From an archaeon (GTDB lineage Archaea; Thermoplasmatota; Thermoplasmata; WALJ01), in NCBI GenBank assembly GCA_024278375.1, contig JAJRTH010000092.1, positions 6,193-70,192 on the forward strand: a stretch of 64,000 nt of DNA, given 5' to 3'. Position numbers and translations under genes: made by a program. Of the stretch, positions 1 to 8,453 are shown piece by piece. The notes under the pieces are model-generated. The model worked only from the letters and a program-made list of their open reading frames with translations, searched no databases and was not told the origin of the DNA. Within the stretch, counting starts at the first letter, position 1. Each line of letters begins with the position of its first letter.

Positions 1-38
1 TCAGAGGTCCTTGAGGTGAGAGTATGGGTTAAGTCGCG

Positions 39-290
39 ATGATATACAGGATAATGCCCGAAAGTCCGGAAAATCTCAGGTCCATAAAAAACGAGGTCGA
101 GAGCATTGTGAAATCTCTGGGTGCTGAACTGAACAGGGCGGAGGAGAAGCCGATAGCCTTTGGCCTTAAGGCACTGGAAATAACCATAATCATGGATGAC
201 AAATCCGGTAAAAGCGGAGAACTCGAGGAAAAGCTGGCCTCCATCCCAGGCGTTCAGAGCATGGAATTGACGGATATGAGCCTTATATGA
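39..290 (+). CDS. translation elongation factor aEF-1 beta
   Basis: 83-aa ORF (..MPESPENLRSIKNEVE..KPIAFGLKALEI..) with the size and pattern of archaeal EF-1beta. Its TGA stop overlaps the rfc stop by 8 nt, convergently. Confidence 0.75.
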   Translation: MIYRIMPESPENLRSIKNEVESIVKSLGAELNRAEEKPIAFGLKALEITIIMDDKSGKSGELEEKLASIPGVQSMELTDMSLI

Positions 291-1236
291 TGCCGAAGGC
301 CGCAAGTAGGGCCTCTATCTGAATTCTCGGATTCGAGCCCTCCACCATCCTGAACTCGGCCTCCCCAATCTTTTCCAGCATCATCACCTTTTTGCTCTCT
401 TTTATTCCGGCTTCATCTATTACGACCTTGTGTATCGCTTTTATTATGTCTTCACCGGAAAGACCTTGGTCTATCAGAAGTTTGTCCAGTATTCTTCTGG
501 CTTCCATGAACTTCCCTGTAATGGCCTTGCCGACCATCTCTCTTACGTCCTTCGGGTCCGCCATTGCCGTGGCTTCGAAAACGGTTTTCAGCGTTATCTC
601 CTTTCCGTCTGAGAACGAAGCGGCGACCTGTAGTATGTTAACGGCCTTTCTGACATCTCCGTCGGCAACATAGGCTATCTGCTTTACAGCCTCATCGCTT
701 ATCTTCAGTTTTTCCCCTTCGATTATCCTTTTCAGATAGAAAATGATGTCTTCTTCATCGGGTCTCGTGAACCTGAACACGGCGCATCTTGACTGTATCG
801 GCTCGATTATCTTGGAGGAATAGTTGCAGGAGAGAATGAACCTGCATGTTCTGGAGTACTTCTCCATGGTCCTTCTGAGAGCTGCCTGAGCGTCGGATGT
901 GAGGGCATCGGCCTCGTCCAGAAAGATGATCTTGAAAGGAGCACCGCCGAATGGAGCGGTTCTCGCATATTCCTTTATGTTTACCCTGACCACATCTATT
1001 CCCCTCTCATCGCTGGCATTGAGTTCGTAGAAATTGCTCTGCCAGTTGTCCCCGAAGAACTCCTTGGCTATTGCTATGGCACAGGTGGTCTTGCCAATCC
1101 CTGCCGGGCCGGCGAAAAGGAGATGCGGCATATTTCCGCTCTTCACATAGGATTTAAGCCTCGGAACCACATTTTTCTGACCCACAACCTCATCCAGAGT
1201 CTCGGGTCTGTACTTCTCTGTCCATATCTCAAGCAT
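283..1236 (-). CDS. rfcS: replication factor C small subunit
   Basis: 317 aa with Walker A GPAGIGKTT, Walker B FLDEADAL and the SRC motif (QSRCAVFRF). Conserved N-terminal WTEKYRP. Confidence 0.93.
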   Translation of the reverse strand: MLEIWTEKYRPETLDEVVGQKNVVPRLKSYVKSGNMPHLLFAGPAGIGKTTCAIAIAKEFFGDNWQSNFYELNASDERGIDVVRVNIKEYARTAPFGGAPFKIIFLDEADALTSDAQAALRRTMEKYSRTCRFILSCNYSSKIIEPIQSRCAVFRFTRPDEEDIIFYLKRIIEGEKLKISDEAVKQIAYVADGDVRKAVNILQVAASFSDGKEITLKTVFEATAMADPKDVREMVGKAITGKFMEARRILDKLLIDQGLSGEDIIKAIHKVVIDEAGIKESKKVMMLEKIGEAEFRMVEGSNPRIQIEALLAAFGII

Positions 1237-1395
1237 GAAGGGTGATTGCGCATCTGCATATTAAGTTTTTTGATTGTCGCAAATTAAATGTGAGCCCATT
1301 CCACCCTATGCCTGTTACTGTGACCCCATTATCCGTTTATGATTAGTAAAGGGCGAAGAGTGCCCTCCGTAACGGGCCAAAAACGGCCTAAAATC

Positions 1396-1403
1396 TTTAT
1401 ATA
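1396..1403 (+). promoter_or_regulatory. TATA box (TTTATATA) for the aldehyde dehydrogenase gene
   Basis: TTTATATA lies about 30 nt upstream of ATG 1434 with an A-rich BRE-like flank, consistent with an archaeal short-leader promoter. Confidence 0.4.
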
Positions 1404-1433
1404 CCGTTTGTTCTTCGAGTAGCAGGTGATATC

Positions 1434-2978
1434 ATGAATGTTAATGAGGTAAAGAAAGAAATCATGGAAAAACTGGAACTCGGCGAACTGAATTCCGGTG
1501 TTTTCTACGGCGAATGGGCTCCGGTAGAGGGAAGAGACACCTTAAGCTCATACTCACCGATAGACGGAAGCCCAATAGCAAAGGTCACCATGGCCACGAA
1601 AGAGGATTATGAGAAAGTAATAAAGAAAGCTCAGGAATCGTTCAAAGTATGGAGCGACATACCTGCACCGAAGAGGGGCTGGGTAGTTAGAGAGATAGGG
1701 AACGAACTGAGAAAATACAAAAAAGAATTGGGAAGGCTGGTCTCCATAGAGGGCGGTAAGACTCTTACGGAGGGAGAAGGAGAGGTTCAGGAGATGATAG
1801 ACATAGCTGACTTCGCGCTCGGTCTTTCCAGACAGTTCTACGGACTCACCATTGCCAGCGAAAGGGAGCACCACAGAATGTACGAACAGTGGCTCCCGAT
1901 AGGCCCGATCGGCGTCATAACATCCTTCAACTTCCCGTGCGCTGTTTGGGCATGGAACACCATGATAGCCTCCGCTGCCGGAGACACTTCTGTCTGGAAG
2001 CCCTCAAGCAAGGGAGCGCTAGTCGCCATAGCCACAATGAAGATAGCCAACCGTGCGGTCGAGAGGCTGGGATATCCGCCCATATTCTTCCTTGTGGTAG
2101 GAAGGGGCAGGGAGGTCGGCGAATGGATGTCCACCGATTCGAGATTGCCTCTCATATCTTTCACAGGTTCCATCCCGACGGGAAAAAGGATAGCCGAGAA
2201 TGTTGCCAAGAGGCTTGGAAGAACGATACTCGAGCTCGGAGGAAACAACGCCGCGATAGTCACGCCGAAAGCGGATACTACGACCGCCCTGAAAGGAGTC
2301 GCATTCGGAGCGCTGGCAACCGCAGGTCAGAGATGTACCACCACGAGAAGGCTCATACTCCACGAGTCCATATATGATGATTTTCTGGGAAAGTTGAAGA
2401 ACATATACGAGAAGGTCAGTATAGGCAATCCTCTGGAAAAAGAGGTTCTCATGGGCCCGCTCATAGACGAAAAGGCCGTGGAGAACTACCTGGATGCAAT
2501 AAAGCAGGCGCAGGAACAGGGCGGCAAACTGATATACGGCGGAGAGAGAGCAAAAATTCCCGGTTTCGAGAACGGGCACTATGTCAAACCCACCATTATA
2601 GAGGCGAATCCGGACATGGATATCGTCAAGACAGAGACATTCGCTCCCATACTATATGTTATGAAATACAGAACCATCGAAGAAGCACTCGAAATCCACA
2701 ACAACGTGCCTCAGGGCCTCTCATCCGCTATATTCACAACAGACCTTCAGGAGGAGGAATACTTCCTCTCGCACAGGGGTTCCGACTGCGGAATAGCCAA
2801 TGTGAACACGAGCACCGCAGGAGCGGAGATAGGCGGAGCTTTCGGCGGTGAGAAGGAGACAGGCGGAGGAAGAGAGAGCGGAAGCGATGCCTGGAAGGCG
2901 TACATGAGAAGGCAGACTGTGACGATAAACTACGGAAAAGACCTCCCTCTCGCACAGGGAGTGAAATTCGACATATGA
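1434..2978 (+). CDS. aldehyde dehydrogenase, ALDH7-like (aminoadipate-semialdehyde / piperideine-6-carboxylate dehydrogenase type)
   Basis: 514 aa. Has PAPKRG..VR.IG, GEGEVQEMIDI and ITSFNFP.AVWAWN, the catalytic Cys context (GQRCTTTRR) and ELGGNN. Confidence 0.8.
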   Translation: MNVNEVKKEIMEKLELGELNSGVFYGEWAPVEGRDTLSSYSPIDGSPIAKVTMATKEDYEKVIKKAQESFKVWSDIPAPKRGWVVREIGNELRKYKKELGRLVSIEGGKTLTEGEGEVQEMIDIADFALGLSRQFYGLTIASEREHHRMYEQWLPIGPIGVITSFNFPCAVWAWNTMIASAAGDTSVWKPSSKGALVAIATMKIANRAVERLGYPPIFFLVVGRGREVGEWMSTDSRLPLISFTGSIPTGKRIAENVAKRLGRTILELGGNNAAIVTPKADTTTALKGVAFGALATAGQRCTTTRRLILHESIYDDFLGKLKNIYEKVSIGNPLEKEVLMGPLIDEKAVENYLDAIKQAQEQGGKLIYGGERAKIPGFENGHYVKPTIIEANPDMDIVKTETFAPILYVMKYRTIEEALEIHNNVPQGLSSAIFTTDLQEEEYFLSHRGSDCGIANVNTSTAGAEIGGAFGGEKETGGGRESGSDAWKAYMRRQTVTINYGKDLPLAQGVKFDI

Positions 2979-2988
2979 GGTGGTAGGT

Positions 2989-4608
2989 ATGATATGGCCT
3001 ATTGAAAAACCGAAAAACGATGTGGATACCATTCCGACGTATTCCTCCGGAAGCGCGGAAAGAGAGAGGCTTCTGGATGAGATAGAGAGGATGAAGAACA
3101 CGACCTTGGAAATACCTCTGATAATAGGAGGTAAGGAGGTAAAGACGGATGACATCTTCGAGGTCAGATGCCCGCATAACAGGGAACTCGTGCTTGCCAG
3201 AGCGCATCTAGCTGGCGAGGAGGAGCTTAAAGAAGCCATAGATGCTGCACTTGCGGCCCACGAGGAATGGGCGAACATGGACTGGTACCACAGGACTGCC
3301 ATATTCAAAAAGGCCGCTGACATGCTTTCCGGACCGTACAGGACAAGGAACATAGCGGCTATAATGCTCAACCAGTCAAAGAATCCCTATGAGGCGGAGA
3401 TAGACCTTGCAGAGCTCGTTGATTTCTGGAACTTCAACTCCTACTACACGAAGATGATATATGAGAATCAGCCGAACCAGTATCCCGGTGAGATGAACAG
3501 GCTGGACTGGCGCCCACTCGAAGGCTTTATACTTGCGATACCACCGTTCAATTTCTACTCCATAGGCGGCAATCTGCCAACCGCTCCGGCAATCGTGGGA
3601 AACGTCGCTCTGTGGAAGCCGTCCAGAGCCGTTCTGCTCTCCAACTACGAGATAATGAGGGTTCTCCTGGAAGCCGGACTACCCGGGGGCGTGATAAACT
3701 TCGTGCCTTTCTCAAGCAAATATGGAGATATTGTGCTGAAGCACCCCGATTTCGCAGGACTGCATTTCACCGGAAGCTATGAGACCCTTGTCACACTCTG
3801 GAACAAGATAGGGGCCAACCTCGAGAACTACAGAAACTTCCCGAGAATCGTGGGAGAGACCGGCGGAAAGGACTTCATATTCGTGCATAATTCAGCGGAC
3901 CCGAGAGGCGTTGCCATAAACATCCTCAGGGGAGGATTCGGATATCAGGGACAGAAGTGTTCCGCCGTTTCCAGGGTGTATGTGCCTGAGGGAATGTGGG
4001 GTGAGATAAAATCCGTACTGCTCGAAGAACTTCCCAAGGTCAGATACGGACCCACCGAGGACCTTAATAACTACATGGGTGCGATAATAGATAAGAGCGC
4101 CTATGAGAAGATAGTGAGCTATATCGATCATGCAAAGGCACATCCCGAAGAATACGAGTTCATATACGGTGGCAATTACGATTCCTCGAAAGGATGGTTC
4201 GTTGAGCCAACGGTTATCAGAACGAACAACCCGAAGAGCAAGCTCATGAGCGAGGAGATATTCGGCCCCGTCGTAACCGTCTATTTATATCCGGATGACA
4301 AATTCGAGGAAACTCTCAGGCTATGCGATTCCACATCTCCCTATGCGCTCACCGGCTCGATATTCGCCACCGACAGGTATGCGATAACAACCGCGGAGAG
4401 AATTCTGAGATACAGTGCGGGCAACTTCTACATAAACGACAAACCAACGGGTGCGATAGTCGGAAGACAGCCATTCGGCGGATCGAGAGCATCGGGCACA
4501 AATGACAAGGCGGGCTCTTTCCTGAACCTTCTGAGATGGCTCAACCCGAGGACAATAAAGGAAACGACCATCCTGCCATCCGACTGGAGAAGACCGTTTA
4601 TGGAATAA
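2989..4608 (+). CDS. 1-pyrroline-5-carboxylate (L-glutamate gamma-semialdehyde) dehydrogenase
   Basis: ALDH-superfamily ORF (track 2980..4608). ATG 2989 is preceded by GAGGTGG. Has GETGGKDF, GQKCSA and a P5CDH-like N-terminus (IPLIIGGKEV). Confidence 0.75.
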   Translation: MIWPIEKPKNDVDTIPTYSSGSAERERLLDEIERMKNTTLEIPLIIGGKEVKTDDIFEVRCPHNRELVLARAHLAGEEELKEAIDAALAAHEEWANMDWYHRTAIFKKAADMLSGPYRTRNIAAIMLNQSKNPYEAEIDLAELVDFWNFNSYYTKMIYENQPNQYPGEMNRLDWRPLEGFILAIPPFNFYSIGGNLPTAPAIVGNVALWKPSRAVLLSNYEIMRVLLEAGLPGGVINFVPFSSKYGDIVLKHPDFAGLHFTGSYETLVTLWNKIGANLENYRNFPRIVGETGGKDFIFVHNSADPRGVAINILRGGFGYQGQKCSAVSRVYVPEGMWGEIKSVLLEELPKVRYGPTEDLNNYMGAIIDKSAYEKIVSYIDHAKAHPEEYEFIYGGNYDSSKGWFVEPTVIRTNNPKSKLMSEEIFGPVVTVYLYPDDKFEETLRLCDSTSPYALTGSIFATDRYAITTAERILRYSAGNFYINDKPTGAIVGRQPFGGSRASGTNDKAGSFLNLLRWLNPRTIKETTILPSDWRRPFME

Positions 4609-4624
4609 ACCTCTTTTTCCTTTT

Positions 4625-5206
4625 ATGATATACGATAGGTTCGCAAGATATGCCGGCATTCTCGCTCCTCCGATTACATTTCTTTTCATAGCCGTTGCCA
4701 TACTGACACATCCCTGGTTCTCTTTCACGGAAAATGCCCTGAGTGACTTGGGAGCGCTCCACACCGAGAACAACTGGATATTCAACACCGGCCTGATTCT
4801 GGGAGGAATTCTTGCCACCGTTTTCTCCGTTTATCTTCAGGGTAAGGGAAAAAACATGGCTGAGAACACAGGATATGCGATATTCCTGGCCTCCTCCGTG
4901 TTCATGATTCTGATAGGTGTTTTTCCGGAAGATACCGCACCGCACTTCACTGTCTCGGTCCTTTTCTATCTTCTTGGCTCTGTAGCGATATCCATATCCG
5001 GCATAGGTTTCGTGCGCTCCGGTAGGAAAAAGGAGGGGAAAATCTCTGTCGCACTGGTCCTGGTCACTCTCGCCATAGCACTCGGAATAGAGTGGAATGG
5101 CATAGCGATTCCGGAGACAATCGGCGCTCTGGCCATAGCCGCATGGGTTTATATCGTGATATTCGGGGTCAGGGGCAATGCCGTTCTCCGGCGCAAAGCA
5201 AATTAA
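4625..5206 (+). CDS. polytopic membrane protein (DUF998-like)
   Basis: 193 aa with about 6 hydrophobic helices and a NALSDLG motif. Confidence 0.5.
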   Translation: MIYDRFARYAGILAPPITFLFIAVAILTHPWFSFTENALSDLGALHTENNWIFNTGLILGGILATVFSVYLQGKGKNMAENTGYAIFLASSVFMILIGVFPEDTAPHFTVSVLFYLLGSVAISISGIGFVRSGRKKEGKISVALVLVTLAIALGIEWNGIAIPETIGALAIAAWVYIVIFGVRGNAVLRRKAN

Positions 5207-5227
5207 CATCCACTCGATACGGGAATC

Positions 5228-5467
5228 ATGCACGAAGTAATCGAAAAGGCGGAGGAATATTTCCTCGAACTTGTATCCAGAATAGAAGAAGGCGATGAGG
5301 AGGCCCTGGGCGAACTCAAAGAATTGAAAAGATACATGGCGGATATAAATTCTATTCTCGATATGATAGAGGAAAACGACACAATAGAGACGATAAAAGC
5401 CAAATTCGACTCTCTGGAAGAGAGATTCGACAGGTTAATGATGGAGATTCACAGGGTAGTGGGCTGA
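5228..5467 (+). CDS. small acidic helical protein, hypothetical
   Basis: 79-aa ORF with heptad-like charged sequence. No recognisable family. Confidence 0.35.
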   Translation: MHEVIEKAEEYFLELVSRIEEGDEEALGELKELKRYMADINSILDMIEENDTIETIKAKFDSLEERFDRLMMEIHRVVG

Positions 5468-7384
5468 TTATTTCACTCGCATAGTCTCCAGGTTCCTGGG
5501 AACCGCAGTCTCCACATCGTATTTTCTTCTTGCCACGTGGGCCATCTCGAGCGCTTTCGATTCTTCCCCGTGACAGAAGACTATCCTCTCGGGTTCGGGA
5601 GTAAGTGAAGATATGTACCTTATCAGCTGTCTTCTGTCGGAGTGGCCTGAAAATCCCTCGGATGTTTCCACATCCATCTTTATCTCGATGGTTATCGGAT
5701 TCCCTCTTTCCATCAGAGTGACATCCTTCCATCCCTTCTGTATCTTGTTACCCAGTGTTCCTTCGGCCTGATAGCCTACGAATATAAGCGTGTTCCTCTC
5801 GTCGTCTGCCCAGTGTTTGAAATATTCCATCACCGGTCCGCCGTTCATCATACCAGAGGTTGCCAGCACTATGGCCGGGTCCGGATCTCCTATTATGTTC
5901 TCTCTCTGACTTCCGGTCTCGACCCTGTGGAACACCTCCGAGAGGAAGGGGTTTTCCTGTTGCTGGAATATCTTCATCCTCAGTTCGCTGTTTAGATACT
6001 CGGGATATGCCGTGTGTATGGCCGTTGCCTCCCATATCATGCCGTCGAGGTAAACAGGTGTTTCCGGTATCTCGCCGGTCCTCATAAGTTCTTCGAGAAC
6101 GAGCATGACCTCCTGCGAACGGCCGACAGCTAAGACCGGCACGAGTATTTTACCGCCTTTCGAGATGGTCCTCGTCACGATCTCCTTCAACTGCGCCGTC
6201 GCCTCTCTTCTCGTAGGTTGTATGTCCGTATAGCTTCCGTATGTGGATTCCATTATTACCGTATCCAGCCTGGGATACTTGGCGTTGGCGGCGTTGAAAA
6301 GCCATGTTCTCTCGAACTTTATGTCACCCGTTATCAGGATATTATATGTGCCGTTACCGATGTTGAAGTGTGCGGACGCCGAACCGAGGATATGGCCGGC
6401 ATTGTGAAGGGTCAGCTTTATATCTGGGGCTATGTCGGTGGTTTCCTTGTATTTCAGAGGTATGCAGTGCTTTACGGCATTCCTTATGTCTGCCGACTGA
6501 TAAGGGCTCCTCTTCCCCTCACCGAATGATACCTTGATATAGTCCAGTTGAAGCAATGCCATTAGGTCCCTTGTAGGGGGGGTACAGTATATGGGCCCCT
6601 CATATCCGTATTTGTAAAGGGCAGGAACCAACCCGGAGTGGTCCAGATGGGCATGCGTCAGAACAACGGCATCTATGGAGTCCAGGGGCTGGACCTCCGG
6701 AACATCCAGAAAAGGAGTCGTCCTGGAAGGGTCGGTGGAAACATCCACACCCACATCTATGAGAACCCTGCTGTTCTTCGTCATGAGCAGGGTGCAGCTT
6801 CTGCCTACCTCTCTGTACCCGCCGAGTGCCGTGAACCTTATCCAGTATTCTCCCTTTTCGATGAGGTCCCGGTTGAGCCTCTTTCCGACTTTCAGGAGGA
6901 AATTCCGCCTTTCGTCCGCAACCATCCTCAGGTATTTCCTTATGTCCTCTATGGTCTTGGACTGAATGGGAGGAGTCCTTATGACCACGGGGGCCCAGCC
7001 GGTCTTTCTCTTTATTTCGTTGAGGAGAGCGCCTTTTTTACCTATGGCGATACCAGGGGCTTTTGCCTCTATGGTAACCTGCCCCGTTTCCCGATCGAAG
7101 TAGAAATCGGTTATCTCCGCCTCTTTCGGTATTATGTTCCTTATCTCTATCTCGGCATCGTCCGGCGGCAGTGTAATGGAGGGATCCGGCCGTATCTTAA
7201 CCCTTTTTTTGAGTATTTTGGCAAGTTTGTTTATTATTTCCTCGCTCTGGGCGAATGCCCCTATGTCCCTCGTATAGATCACTATCGCGGGACCTTCAAA
7301 GGTTATGTCGACGATATCGACCTGCCCGGACAGTATCTCGTTTATTGCCTTTCTTGTCTCTCTGAGAACATCTTCGGCACTCAT
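5468..7384 (-). CDS. aCPSF1 beta-CASP ribonuclease with N-terminal KH domains
   Basis: 638 aa. KH-type GIAIGKKG, metallo-beta-lactamase HAHLDHSG, beta-CASP C-terminal region. Confidence 0.9.
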   Translation of the reverse strand: MSAEDVLRETRKAINEILSGQVDIVDITFEGPAIVIYTRDIGAFAQSEEIINKLAKILKKRVKIRPDPSITLPPDDAEIEIRNIIPKEAEITDFYFDRETGQVTIEAKAPGIAIGKKGALLNEIKRKTGWAPVVIRTPPIQSKTIEDIRKYLRMVADERRNFLLKVGKRLNRDLIEKGEYWIRFTALGGYREVGRSCTLLMTKNSRVLIDVGVDVSTDPSRTTPFLDVPEVQPLDSIDAVVLTHAHLDHSGLVPALYKYGYEGPIYCTPPTRDLMALLQLDYIKVSFGEGKRSPYQSADIRNAVKHCIPLKYKETTDIAPDIKLTLHNAGHILGSASAHFNIGNGTYNILITGDIKFERTWLFNAANAKYPRLDTVIMESTYGSYTDIQPTRREATAQLKEIVTRTISKGGKILVPVLAVGRSQEVMLVLEELMRTGEIPETPVYLDGMIWEATAIHTAYPEYLNSELRMKIFQQQENPFLSEVFHRVETGSQRENIIGDPDPAIVLATSGMMNGGPVMEYFKHWADDERNTLIFVGYQAEGTLGNKIQKGWKDVTLMERGNPITIEIKMDVETSEGFSGHSDRRQLIRYISSLTPEPERIVFCHGEESKALEMAHVARRKYDVETAVPRNLETMRVK

Positions 7385-7396
7385 GGAATCAATTCC

Positions 7397-8038
7397 TCAC
7401 TGTAAAACTTTTTTCTTTATATTCTCAATCTCCTCGTCGGAGAACCGCTTAAATCCGTCTTTTCTGTCTATCGTGGCCAGATTTATACCGTCTCCGGACG
7501 CCGCATCTCTCTTCATGGCCATGGAGATTGCCCTTACCGCCAGTTCCACCCCCTGTTTCACAGAAATCCCCTTCCTGTAATGGTACTCCAGAATACCGTA
7601 TACATATGGGGACCCCGAGCCGGTTGTGACGTAATCGTCCTCTATGGAACCTCCGGCGGCATCCAGGGAAAATACATGCGGACCTCTCTCGTCTATGCCT
7701 GCGATGATTAGCTGGACCCAGTATGGATAATAACTTCTTCCGTTAAGGATGTTGGCCATCAGGGTGGCTGCTCCGTTCAGTGTTATTGGCTTGCCGTTCT
7801 TTATCTTGTAAAGTTGCACTTCGGCGGATATGTATCTGGCAAGGAGTTGGGCATCCCCAACGAGGCCGGCCACGGTCATTCCTATGTGGTCATCTATCTT
7901 GAAAAGCTTGTTCGTCCTCTTATGGGCTATCAGAGTGCCCATGGTGGCCCTCATCTCTGTCGCCATCACTATTCCGTCCTTGCAGACCATCGCCACAGTG
8001 GTGGTTCCTTTTTTCAGTTCTGGTTTCTCTTCTTTCAT
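7397..8038 (-). CDS. psmB: proteasome subunit beta
   Basis: 213 aa with a propeptide followed by the catalytic TTTVAMVCKDGIVMA. Confidence 0.9.
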   Translation of the reverse strand: MKEEKPELKKGTTTVAMVCKDGIVMATEMRATMGTLIAHKRTNKLFKIDDHIGMTVAGLVGDAQLLARYISAEVQLYKIKNGKPITLNGAATLMANILNGRSYYPYWVQLIIAGIDERGPHVFSLDAAGGSIEDDYVTTGSGSPYVYGILEYHYRKGISVKQGVELAVRAISMAMKRDAASGDGINLATIDRKDGFKRFSDEEIENIKKKVLQ

Positions 8039-8144
8039 ATTATCGACCTTTAATTACAGTTAATTAGGTTTCTCCCTGTAGCACAGGAACTTCCTAAAAG
8101 TGCTGATTGGGCATATTTCTTCGGTATTTAAGAATTTCGGGAAC

Positions 8145-8360
8145 TCATTTCGGAGCGATGCTGACCACATTATTTCCTCTGAGTATTACCTTTCCAAGTC
8201 TCCTTACCCTTTCCTGGGTTGTCTCTTCGGTGTCCTCGAGAACCATGTTCATGTAGTCATCAAATCCGACGAGCTTTCCTTCGAGAACCCTTCCGTCCTT
8301 TAGCAGAAGGGTTATCCTGTGGTTCAGCGATTGTTCGAGTAGTGTGTTGGGCATAACCAT
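8145..8360 (-). CDS. Sm-like (LSm) archaeal RNA-binding protein
   Basis: 71 aa with Sm1/Sm2 pattern (LKDGRVLEGKLVGFDDYMNMVL ... ILRGNNVV). Confidence 0.85.
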   Translation of the reverse strand: MVMPNTLLEQSLNHRITLLLKDGRVLEGKLVGFDDYMNMVLEDTEETTQERVRRLGKVILRGNNVVSIAPK

Positions 8361-8453
8361 GTATTTCCCTCAGAGCCATATATTCTACTCGGATTTAAAG
8401 TTTTTGTATTAAACCCGCCTCTGCCCGAGATTTGTAGAAATAACTTTATATGC

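Noticed and set aside
4625-5467. The DUF998 membrane protein and the following small helical ORF are in the same frame, separated by a TAA.
   Set aside because: The two products are unrelated in character (polytopic membrane versus acidic soluble). The second has its own ATG. Sharing a frame has a one-in-three chance. I did not treat it as an interrupted gene.
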